DNA of 61,724 bases from Candidatus Magasanikiibacteriota bacterium (GTDB lineage: Bacteria; Patescibacteriota; Patescibacteriia; Magasanikbacterales; UBA922). A program made the translations under genes and the position numbers. The notes beneath the pieces were generated by a model. The model was given only the letters and a program-made list of their open reading frames with translations. It had not been told where the DNA came from and made no database searches. Location of the stretch: NCBI GenBank assembly GCA_014729395.1, contig WJJZ01000004.1:1-61724 (forward strand), written 5' to 3'. Shown one piece after another: positions 51,471 to 60,101 of this stretch. Each line of letters starts with the position of its first letter. Position 1 is the stretch's first letter.

Positions 51471-52988
51471 ATGAGTGAAAAATATTATATATCCACCGCC
51501 ATTCCTTATGTAAACGCCAAGCCTCATATTGGGCATGCTTTGGAATATGTCCAAACCGATGTGCTTGCCAGGTTTAATAGAATGCTTGGTAGAGATGTTT
51601 TTTTCTTGACCGGAACTGATGAAAATTCTTTAAAAAATATCCAAGCCGCTGAAAAAGCTGGTGTACCAATTGAAAAATTTGTTGAAGAAAATGCCAAGTA
51701 TTTTTCAGATTTTAAGTCTGCCCTTAATATTTCTTACGATGAATTTATCCGTACTGTAGAAGGTAGGCATTTCAAGGGTGCACAGAAGTTGTGGAGTAAG
51801 TGCAACCAGGATGATATATATAAGAAAAAATACAAAGGCCTGTATTGTGTGGGCTGCGAGGCTTTCTATACAGAAGAAGATTTAGAAGATGGTAAATGTC
51901 CGGAACACAAAAAAGAATTGGAAGTTATAGAAGAAGAAAATTATTTTTTCAGGCTAAGCAATTATGCAGAAAAATTGAAAACGATATTAGAGAATAATCA
52001 AGTAAAGGTTGTTCCGGAGTTTAGAAAAAACGAATGGCTGGCTTTTATTGACCGCGGCCTGGAAGATTTTAGTATTTCTCGCTCTCACAAGCGGGCTTAT
52101 GGCTGGGGTGTACCCGTTCCCGGTGACGAAGAACAAATTATGTATGTTTGGTTTGATGCTTTGTCAAATTATATTACTGCTTTAAATTTTGGAACCAATG
52201 AAGAGTTGTATAAAAAATATTGGCTGCAGGAAAACCAAGATAGAGAAGTGGTGCATGTGATTGGTAAAGGTATAGGCAGATTTCATGTGATTTACTGGTT
52301 GGCGATGTTGCTTTCTGCCAAAATACCATTACCAACAACTGAATTTATCCATGGTTATGTAACGGTTGAAGGTGAAAAGATCAGTAAGTCTTTGGGAAAC
52401 GTCGTAGACCCTTATGAAGTGGTCGAAAAATATGGTACAGATCCGGTTAGGTATTATTTATTGGGTGCTATTCCGGCTGCCAAAGATGGCGATTTTTCAA
52501 CAGAGAAATTTGAAGAGTATTATACTGCTCATTTAGTAAACGGAATCGGAAATTTGACTTCCAGAATTCTTACCATGCTCGAAAAGTATAATGACGGAGT
52601 GGTACCGGAGAGGGATGAAGATATTTTTGATACACCAACTTTTTGGGATAACTATGAAGACACTTTGGAAGAATTCCAATTTGATCAAAATATTGGTTAT
52701 ATAAACAGACTTGTTTCAGCTTGTGATGAGGTTATTTCTGAACAAAAACCATGGGAAAAGGCAAAAGCCGGTGAAGATATTAAACCGCTTTTATACCAGC
52801 TGGCCGAATGTTTGCGACACATCGGTTTATCACTTCTACCAATTATACCTGAGACCGGAGAAAAAATATTAAATCAGCTTGGAATAAAAATCGAATCTTT
52901 AAAAGATTTGAGTATTGAAAAAAAATGGGGTGGATTGGAAAGAGGTAAAACGGTCAATAAAGACAGTATTTTATTCAATAGACTTTAG
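51471..52988 (+). CDS. metG: methionine--tRNA ligase (core, no C-terminal tRNA-binding domain)
   Basis: HIGH motif 'PYVNAKPHIGHALE', CxxC knuckles 'CVGCEAF...CPEH', and KMSKS as 'KISKSLGN'. Confidence 0.95.
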   Translation: MSEKYYISTAIPYVNAKPHIGHALEYVQTDVLARFNRMLGRDVFFLTGTDENSLKNIQAAEKAGVPIEKFVEENAKYFSDFKSALNISYDEFIRTVEGRHFKGAQKLWSKCNQDDIYKKKYKGLYCVGCEAFYTEEDLEDGKCPEHKKELEVIEEENYFFRLSNYAEKLKTILENNQVKVVPEFRKNEWLAFIDRGLEDFSISRSHKRAYGWGVPVPGDEEQIMYVWFDALSNYITALNFGTNEELYKKYWLQENQDREVVHVIGKGIGRFHVIYWLAMLLSAKIPLPTTEFIHGYVTVEGEKISKSLGNVVDPYEVVEKYGTDPVRYYLLGAIPAAKDGDFSTEKFEEYYTAHLVNGIGNLTSRILTMLEKYNDGVVPERDEDIFDTPTFWDNYEDTLEEFQFDQNIGYINRLVSACDEVISEQKPWEKAKAGEDIKPLLYQLAECLRHIGLSLLPIIPETGEKILNQLGIKIESLKDLSIEKKWGGLERGKTVNKDSILFNRL

Positions 52989-52991
52989 CTC

Positions 52992-53516
52992 ATGTATTGG
53001 ATTGATCTACTAATAATTGCAACCATCGTATTATTTGCTTACCAAGGATTTCGCAATGGTTTTTTACGCAGTTTGGTTTCGGTAGTGGGTTTTGTAATAT
53101 CTACATATTTGGCAGTTAAATTATATGAGCCGATTTCTTTTTGGCTTGTGGAAAAAAGCGGTTGGGGGGTTAATTTTACCAGGATTTTGGTTTTTATAAT
53201 TATTATAGTATTGGTGACCAGGCTGATCTACCTCATATATTTTATTTTGTATAAAACTTTCCGTTTTTTACGGTGGATACCTCTTACCAGAACAATCAAT
53301 AGGATTTTGGGTTCATTCTTTGGATTTATTGAAGGAATACTTCTTTTAGGTTTTATATTTTTCTTTTTGGAAAAACATCCTTTTACAGAATCAGCTATGA
53401 AATATGTTGATAATGCGGTATTGCCCGAATATTTATCAAAATTTGTTCAATATATTTTAAAAATTATTCCACATGGTACTGAAATATTTGATTCCACGGT
53501 AAATTATATTGTTTAG
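52992..53516 (+). CDS. cvpA: CvpA-family membrane protein
   Basis: 'WIDLLIIATIVLFAYQGFRNGFLRSLVSVVGFV' is a typical CvpA N-terminus. Four TM helices. Confidence 0.8.
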   Translation: MYWIDLLIIATIVLFAYQGFRNGFLRSLVSVVGFVISTYLAVKLYEPISFWLVEKSGWGVNFTRILVFIIIIVLVTRLIYLIYFILYKTFRFLRWIPLTRTINRILGSFFGFIEGILLLGFIFFFLEKHPFTESAMKYVDNAVLPEYLSKFVQYILKIIPHGTEIFDSTVNYIV

Positions 53517-53519
53517 ATT

Positions 53520-55355
53520 ATGAAGAAGTTTTTTTTAATAGTATTTTTGTGTATAATCTTGGGAGGTTGTGCTCCGAATGTTGAGAAAAATTCTAGATTA
53601 AACATGGAAAAAGAAATTGCTGAACCCGAAGTAATTATTTCATTGCCGGGAGAAAACAAAGATAATTTTTATTCAGGTGGTAGAGATATCTATATGTATA
53701 AAAAATTTATCAATAATGCTGATAAAATAGATAGAGAAGAAAAAATAAAAGGCGGTTTTTATAGTGCTTATTTGCCTGCCGGTCATATTGATGCATCTTT
53801 TTTTAATTCTCTTTTATCCGATAATCCGGAGTTATTGATTTTAATTGAAGAAGGAGATTTGGGTACAAGAGATACAAAGATTCTTAGCAGTAAAAAAAAT
53901 TGGGATACTGTTTTTGGAACAGTAAATACGGACAGCGATTTAATTGAAAAAATTTCTGAAAAAGGATTATTAAAAATAGATGACCAATTTATTGAAGCTA
54001 AATTTAGAGGATATTCACCAATACCTTTTGTTGCGTATTATTCAAATAAAACCAAAATACTACCATTGGTGTTGGACAGTTCTACAAGTGCAGTGGAATT
54101 GGGAGGTCTGATAAAAAATTTGGAGGAAATTTTACCCGGGGACACTGTCGTTGCGGCAAAGGTGAACCTTTCCAGCTTCCTTAGAGAGTCAGTCGCTGCT
54201 TTTCATGATTCCAATTCAATTGCTCGTATAAAAAGGTTCAACATTGATCAAATTTCAAGTTCAGAAATCAAAACAAAAAAAACAGTGGAATTATTCCTGG
54301 CTTTAATGCAATTTTATGGAGCTGAAAAAATTGTTTATGAAAAATGGAGTAATTCCGCCGAACTGTCAAAGATTGATAAAGTAGAGTCCTGTACCGGCTA
54401 TTATTGGCCTTATTTTTCAAAAGGAGAAAAAGATGAAAACAATAAAGTTGCCATATTGCATGTTGGTGACATTATGCTCGATAGGGACGTAAAATTATTT
54501 ATAGATCAATATGGTTATGATTATATATTGGAAAATATAGCCGGATATAATAGAAAATTTTTTCAAGGCTTGGATCTGGTAGCCGGTAATTTGGAGGGAT
54601 CATTTGCCGACTATCGCAGGCATACCAGCAAAGAGATCGCTTTTCGTTTTGATCCGAATTTAATTCCTTTTTTAAAAAAATACAATTTTAATATTTTTAA
54701 TTTAGCCAATAATCATATTTTAGACATGGGTTTTGGAGGTTTGGAAGAAACCATAGAGAATTTGGAATCTGCAGATATTGATTTTTATGGAGCTAAATTG
54801 GTTGGCAATGATTTTAGTTACATTGAAAAAGATATTAACGGTTTAAAAATAGCCTTTATCGGTTTTGATGATGTCAATTCCAGAATTAATACTGATTATT
54901 TGAAAAAAACAATTGAAAAAATTGACGACACTAATGATTATGTGGTTGTTAATATCCATTGGGGTAATGAATACCATCCTTATCAATCAAATTCACGACA
55001 GCAAATGCTGGCACACATGATGATTGATAGCGGTGCAGATGTTATTATCGGTCACCATCCACACGTAATTCAAGAAATTGAAGTTTATAAAGATAAACCG
55101 ATATTTTATTCATTGGGCAATTTTATTTTTGATCAATATTGGTCGCAAGAAACACAGGAGGGTTTGGCAGTCGGTATGGTGTTGGATAGAGGTGATATGG
55201 AAATATATCTTTATCCGGTTGAATCAAAAATTATGCAAGTACAGTTAATGGATTTTGAGAAAACTGACAAAACTATACAAAAATTAATAGACCATAGTCG
55301 TCTTGGTGAGTATAATTTTAGTAATAATTTTTTAAAAATTAATATAAGTGATTAA
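53520..55355 (+). CDS. lipoprotein: possible degenerate Memo-like N-terminal half fused to a CapA-type metallophosphatase
   Basis: Lipobox 'ILGGC'. CapA motifs 'HVGDIMLDR', 'NLEG', 'ANNHILDMG', 'VNIHWGNEY', 'IIGHHPHVIQ'. The N-terminal 'WDTVFGTVNTDSDL....PIPFV' loosely resembles Memo. Confidence 0.75.
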   Translation: MKKFFLIVFLCIILGGCAPNVEKNSRLNMEKEIAEPEVIISLPGENKDNFYSGGRDIYMYKKFINNADKIDREEKIKGGFYSAYLPAGHIDASFFNSLLSDNPELLILIEEGDLGTRDTKILSSKKNWDTVFGTVNTDSDLIEKISEKGLLKIDDQFIEAKFRGYSPIPFVAYYSNKTKILPLVLDSSTSAVELGGLIKNLEEILPGDTVVAAKVNLSSFLRESVAAFHDSNSIARIKRFNIDQISSSEIKTKKTVELFLALMQFYGAEKIVYEKWSNSAELSKIDKVESCTGYYWPYFSKGEKDENNKVAILHVGDIMLDRDVKLFIDQYGYDYILENIAGYNRKFFQGLDLVAGNLEGSFADYRRHTSKEIAFRFDPNLIPFLKKYNFNIFNLANNHILDMGFGGLEETIENLESADIDFYGAKLVGNDFSYIEKDINGLKIAFIGFDDVNSRINTDYLKKTIEKIDDTNDYVVVNIHWGNEYHPYQSNSRQQMLAHMMIDSGADVIIGHHPHVIQEIEVYKDKPIFYSLGNFIFDQYWSQETQEGLAVGMVLDRGDMEIYLYPVESKIMQVQLMDFEKTDKTIQKLIDHSRLGEYNFSNNFLKINISD

Positions 55356-55358
55356 ACT

Positions 55359-55544
55359 ATGTCATGCAACAATTCAATAGATGAAAACAAAAAAGAAATA
55401 AATATTACCGAAAATTCAAACACAAAAGTTTTGAAACCTCGATTAAAAACCTTTTTTTTATATTTAATTTTACCGATGTTTTCGACGATAGTGGTAGCTA
55501 TCTTGGTGTATGGAGGATTAATTTTTTCAGAAAATTTTATTTAA
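55359..55544 (+). CDS. small membrane protein (61 aa)
   Basis: A single C-terminal hydrophobic helix; packed tightly between flanking genes. Confidence 0.45.
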   Translation: MSCNNSIDENKKEINITENSNTKVLKPRLKTFFLYLILPMFSTIVVAILVYGGLIFSENFI

Positions 55545-55545
55545 T

Positions 55546-56400
55546 ATGATAATTGATTCGCATTGCCACTTACAATTTGGAGCTTTTGAAAAAGACCGTG
55601 ATGAGGTGTTGAAGCGATGTAAAGAGAATAATATGTTGATGAACGTGGTTGGTACACAAAGAGATACCAGTGCCTATGCAGTTCGTTTATCAAAAAAGTA
55701 TGATAATGTTTATGCGAGTGTCGGTCTGCATCCAATACAGGAATATAGTACCAGGGTAATTGAAGAAAATGATGACTTTCTGAGCAGATCTGAGGATTTT
55801 GACAGAAAATATTATCAGAAATTATTAGATAATAAAAAAGTTATAGCAGTAGGTGAAACCGGATTGGATAGATTTCACATACGTGACAATGCCGAAGTTA
55901 AAAAGATATTTTTTAAACAAAAATTAATTTTTTTTGAACACTATCTTTTGGCAAAAAAAAATAATTTACCTCTTGTTATCCATGTTCGTGACGCGCATAG
56001 GGAAATGCTGGAATTATTAAATGGATTGGATTTACCGATTAGAGGGGTGGTGCATTGCTATTCGGGAAATTGGGATCAAGCAAAAAAATATTTGAGTATG
56101 GGCTTACATTTGGGTTTTACCGGTGTAGTTACGTTTCCTCCGAAAAAAAGCGACCCAAGTACGCAGCTTGATCTGTTAGAGGTAGTAAAAAAAGCACCTA
56201 TTGATAGAATTTTAGTGGAGACGGATTCTCCATATCTGGCACCTCAAAAATATCGTGGAAAAAGATGTGAACCCTGGATGGTAAATGACGTAATAAAAAA
56301 AATAGCTGAAATTAGGGATATTTCTTATGATGAATTTAAAAAAAATGCAACTGAAAATACTTTGAAATTATTCACAAAAATAGATAAAAAAATAGGTTGA
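55546..56400 (+). CDS. tatD: TatD-family metal-dependent hydrolase
   Basis: 'IDSHCHL', 'GETGLD', 'VIHVRDA', 'GVVHCYSG', 'ETDSPYLAP'. Confidence 0.9.
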   Translation: MIIDSHCHLQFGAFEKDRDEVLKRCKENNMLMNVVGTQRDTSAYAVRLSKKYDNVYASVGLHPIQEYSTRVIEENDDFLSRSEDFDRKYYQKLLDNKKVIAVGETGLDRFHIRDNAEVKKIFFKQKLIFFEHYLLAKKNNLPLVIHVRDAHREMLELLNGLDLPIRGVVHCYSGNWDQAKKYLSMGLHLGFTGVVTFPPKKSDPSTQLDLLEVVKKAPIDRILVETDSPYLAPQKYRGKRCEPWMVNDVIKKIAEIRDISYDEFKKNATENTLKLFTKIDKKIG

Positions 56401-56425
56401 CGGAATCAAAAAAATACAGTATAAT
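56397..56425 (+). promoter_or_regulatory. atp operon promoter
   Basis: TTGACG, 17-nt spacer, TATAAT. It overlaps the tatD stop. Confidence 0.6.
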
Positions 56426-56427
56426 AT

Positions 56428-56454
56428 GTGCGTTCAAATTTGAACGTACTTTTT
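56428..56454 (+). promoter_or_regulatory. promoter-proximal palindrome / 5' stem-loop with T-run
   Basis: GTGCGTTCAAATTTGAACGTAC has a perfect 16-bp core, CGTTCAAATTTGAACG (56431-56446). TTTTT follows, and then directly ATG 56455. Confidence 0.5.
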
Positions 56455-56721
56455 ATGTCAAACTTGATTCCAAAAGGGAAAGATAGAAAATATATGTTGA
56501 TGGGTCTGCGTATTGCGGGTGATTTTGGTGCTACGATTGCAGTACCGCTTATAATGTTTGTTTTACTGGGGCAGTGGTTGGATGAAAAGTACGGTTCCGG
56601 TCCATTATTTCTTGTATTGGCTTTTGTAGTGTCGGCTATACTTTCGGGAGTAATGATTTACAAAAAAGCAAAGAAGTACGGTGAGGAATATAAGGTACTG
56701 GATAAAAAAAATACTAATTAG
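56455..56721 (+). CDS. AtpZ/AtpI-like small membrane protein
   Basis: 'GLRIAGDFGATIAVPLIMFVLLGQWLDEKYGSGPLFLVLAFVVSAILSG' fits the AtpZ pattern. GTG 56428 lies upstream of the predicted transcription start, so I used ATG 56455. Confidence 0.7.
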   Translation: MSNLIPKGKDRKYMLMGLRIAGDFGATIAVPLIMFVLLGQWLDEKYGSGPLFLVLAFVVSAILSGVMIYKKAKKYGEEYKVLDKKNTN

Positions 56722-56812
56722 AAAAATAATCTTCATTCTTAATTTTTCAATCCGTTAAGACTCAAGATTGAAAAATAAAGATTAGAGATTAAATTTGAAA
56801 AAAGCTTAATTT

Positions 56813-57601
56813 ATGGCGAGTGAAATTCACATTCCGACTTTGGCACCAGAGGTTCTGTTTCAAATAGGACCGGTGAATGTTACCAACACAATGATAAACG
56901 CATGGATTGCGATAATAATATTTCTTATTTTGGGGATTTTTATAAAAAAAAGAATAAATTTAAGCCCGGGTAAACTACAGAACTATTCTGAATATTTTTT
57001 GGATAAGTTATTGGGTTATTTTGACCAGGTTACGGGAGATCGTAAAAAAACAATTGGCTTTTTACCGATTGTCGGATCGATCTTCTTTTTTATTTTATTA
57101 TCAAATTGGCTTGGTCTGTTGCCGGGCACCGGGAGTATAATGGTAGGACACAGTATGTTGCTTAGACCGGCCAACACAGATTTGAACCTTACGGTTGCTA
57201 TGGCACTGGTTGCGGTTGTTAGTTCACATATATTTGGTTTTGTTGCGATCGGTTTTTTTACTCATCTGGGAAAATTTATTCAAATAGGCAATATTTTAAA
57301 GAGTTTCAAAAAAGGCCCAATGGCTATTTTTACAGCTATAATAGAATTTGGTGTTGGTTTACTGGAAATAATTTCTGAAATTGCCAAAGTCTTATCACTG
57401 TCTTTACGTCTGTTTGGGAATATATTTGCCGGTGAAGTATTGATTTCAGTAATAAGCGCTCTTGTTGCAGCTCTTGCACCAGCTCCATTTATGCTTTTGG
57501 AAGTTTTGGTCGGTATTATCCAGGCCAGTGTGTTTGCAATGCTTACATTGGTTTATTTAACGGTTGCTACGAGTAAACCGCATGGGGCGGAAGAACATTA
57601 A
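56813..57601 (+). CDS. atpB: F0 ATP synthase subunit a
   Basis: 'LSLSLRLFGNIFAGEVL' (conserved Arg helix), polytopic. Confidence 0.93.
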   Translation: MASEIHIPTLAPEVLFQIGPVNVTNTMINAWIAIIIFLILGIFIKKRINLSPGKLQNYSEYFLDKLLGYFDQVTGDRKKTIGFLPIVGSIFFFILLSNWLGLLPGTGSIMVGHSMLLRPANTDLNLTVAMALVAVVSSHIFGFVAIGFFTHLGKFIQIGNILKSFKKGPMAIFTAIIEFGVGLLEIISEIAKVLSLSLRLFGNIFAGEVLISVISALVAALAPAPFMLLEVLVGIIQASVFAMLTLVYLTVATSKPHGAEEH

Positions 57602-57674
57602 CAACAGTTCACAGTGATCAGTTCACAGTTAGCAGGATTATATCCTCTGTTGGTTGTGAACTGAAAACTGCGAA
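57601..57674. repeat. inverted heptamer array (TTCACAG family) between atpB and atpE
   Basis: ACAACAG TTCACAG TGATCAG TTCACAG TTAGCAG (57601-57635), 11-nt loop, then CTGTTGG TTGTGAA CTGAAAA CTGCGAA (57647-57674). It begins on the last base of the atpB TAA. Confidence 0.85.
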
Positions 57675-57687
57675 TGGACATTATTAA

Positions 57688-57987
<300 letters not shown>

Positions 57988-58042
57988 GTTGATCAAAGAA
58001 GGGCAATGAAAAAATATTGTCCTTCCTGATGAGTTTATCTTT

Positions 58043-58177
58043 AATTTTGGATTTCAAATTTTGAATTTTGAGTAAATTTCAAATGATTTAATTTTAAACT
58101 TGTCCTGAAAGTTTTGAATGATTAATTCATTAGTAATTAAAAATTCAATCAAAATTCATAATTCAAAATTCATAATT
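58043..58177. repeat. AT-rich inverted heptamer element, copy 2 (AATTTTG vs CAAAATT/CATAATT)
   Basis: AATTTTG GATTTCA AATTTTG AATTTTG (58043-58070) and CAAAATT CATAATT CAAAATT CATAATT (58150-58177). Confidence 0.75.
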
Positions 58178-58190
58178 AAATTATAATAAT

Positions 58191-58787
58191 ATGCCAGAAA
58201 ATACTGAACATACAAGTGAAGTACTTCATGAAGACCAGGTAGTTACTGAAACTCATGAAGAAGTTAGTCATTCTACCGCCGGCGATGATAGTGTTTTGGC
58301 TTCATTGGGTATAAATGGTCAGTTATTTGCTTTTCAGTTGCTAAACTTTGCCATTGTAGCGGCAATTTTATGGTTTTTGATATTGAAACCACTGACTAAG
58401 AAAATGGAAGAACGTAAAAAAATGATTGATGACAGTATTGAAAATACTCAAAAAGTGGAGACAAAGTTGCAGATGAGCGAGCAAAAATATCAAGAAAAAA
58501 TTGATGAAGCTAAAATGGAAGCAAATAAGGTAATTGAAAAAGCTCAAAAAGAAGCAGAAAGCTTGAAAGCAGATATGAGAGAAAAAGCCAAGAAAGAAAT
58601 AGAAACCTTAATTAACCAGGCAAAGCGAAATATCCAAATAGAAAAAGAAGACATGGTAGAAGAGTTGAAAAAAGAAACCGCTGATTTAATAGCGGTAGCT
58701 GTTGAAAAAATTATTGATCAAAAGTTGGATGCGAAAAAAGACCGTGAGTTGATAGAAAAATCAATCAGTGATTTACAAACTAAATAA
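58191..58787 (+). CDS. atpF: F0 ATP synthase subunit b with acidic N-terminal extension
   Basis: TM helix 'FQLLNFAIVAAILWFLILKPL', then a long charged helix. Confidence 0.88.
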   Translation: MPENTEHTSEVLHEDQVVTETHEEVSHSTAGDDSVLASLGINGQLFAFQLLNFAIVAAILWFLILKPLTKKMEERKKMIDDSIENTQKVETKLQMSEQKYQEKIDEAKMEANKVIEKAQKEAESLKADMREKAKKEIETLINQAKRNIQIEKEDMVEELKKETADLIAVAVEKIIDQKLDAKKDRELIEKSISDLQTK

Positions 58788-58789
58788 TT

Positions 58790-59191
58790 ATGAGTAAGAT
58801 TTCAAATCGACAATATGCCAGAGCCTTGTATGAGGTGAGTTTGGAAATGGAGCAGAAAAATATGGAAATAACTGAATTAATAACTGCGTTTTTGGCCGTT
58901 TTAAAAAAAGACCATAAAATTAAGCAGGTGGATAACATAATTAAGGAGTTTATTAAAATTGAGAAAGAGCAGTCAGGTGTAAAAGATATTGAAATAACCG
59001 CATCGGACGAACTTGATAAAAAGACTGTAGAAGTGATAAAAAAAGCTTTTGGTGATAAGGTAGAGGAAACTTTGGTGGTAGATAAGACTATTTTGGGTGG
59101 TGTGAAAGTTAAATTAGGTGATAAGATTTTTGACGCCAGTTTAAGAACGCAATTGGAAAGATTAAAATATGTTTTATATTTCAATAATTAA
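58790..59191 (+). CDS. atpH: F1 ATP synthase subunit delta (short, 133 aa)
   Basis: 'YARALYEVS' and C-terminal 'ILGGVKVKLGDKIFDASLRTQLERLK'. Confidence 0.85.
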   Translation: MSKISNRQYARALYEVSLEMEQKNMEITELITAFLAVLKKDHKIKQVDNIIKEFIKIEKEQSGVKDIEITASDELDKKTVEVIKKAFGDKVEETLVVDKTILGGVKVKLGDKIFDASLRTQLERLKYVLYFNN

Positions 59192-59209
59192 TTCAAATAA
59201 TTAATTCAT

Positions 59210-60061
59210 ATGAGGGAAACTAAGGAAGGAAATGTTAAACCACTACAGATTGAATTAAATAATATAAATATTGATGGTCTTGTACCAGAAGGTTTTATAA
59301 ATAATTTTCAAAAAGAAAAAAAAGATATTATAAAAAATGAAGAAGAGAGAATTGCTAGAGTAAAAGAATATAACCCAGATGAGGAGATTGATTATCGAAA
59401 AAGAATGGAATTAGCTATTCGTGAATGGGTAGATAATAAATTTAAATCTATTTACTATAAAAGATATAAAGATTTGATTTCTAAATATAGGCCTGATTTT
59501 GAACCTTACAGTTTTAATAAGTTTATTAGATCGGGTGCATTGGGGAGATTTAAATTTATTGACAAACTTGGTATAAAACCTGGTTTATATGTACTTAAAT
59601 CTTTACCTGAGGAGAATTCATATAGAAAATACAGAATTGATGGTATTACACCAAATTGTTATTTAAGATTAGAAGGAAAGCGTGGTCATTATTTCCCATC
59701 TGGCGATTTAAAAATTGTGGAAGAAGAGGATTTGACTAATTTTAATATTAAAGAGGTTGGGGAAGATGATAAAAATTTAAAAGATTCAAAAAAGAAAGAA
59801 GAGATTCCAAAAATAAGAAGAATGACCGGAGATGAACACAAAGATGTGCAAGCGAATAGTGGGGAAGATGTCGAGGAGGATGTTCTTGAGCCAGTAGAAA
59901 AAATGAAACAAGTCGTAAAAAAAATAAAAACAAGAGAGCAGGAAAGAATCAAGAAAGAACGAAGTGAATTTAATAAAGAAGCTGTAGAAGTTTATCAGAT
60001 GGCAAGAAGGACAAGTAAGCATGATTTTATTAAATGGTTTATTGATAATTATATTAAATAG
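59210..60061 (+). CDS. hypothetical charged protein inserted between atpH and atpA
   Basis: 283-aa ORF, very A+T-rich and K/E-rich. I recognise no family. Confidence 0.55.
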   Translation: MRETKEGNVKPLQIELNNINIDGLVPEGFINNFQKEKKDIIKNEEERIARVKEYNPDEEIDYRKRMELAIREWVDNKFKSIYYKRYKDLISKYRPDFEPYSFNKFIRSGALGRFKFIDKLGIKPGLYVLKSLPEENSYRKYRIDGITPNCYLRLEGKRGHYFPSGDLKIVEEEDLTNFNIKEVGEDDKNLKDSKKKEEIPKIRRMTGDEHKDVQANSGEDVEEDVLEPVEKMKQVVKKIKTREQERIKKERSEFNKEAVEVYQMARRTSKHDFIKWFIDNYIK

Positions 60062-60101
60062 AAATATTTAGTGCCCTGTGGGCTTTGTAAATATAAAAAA
60101 T

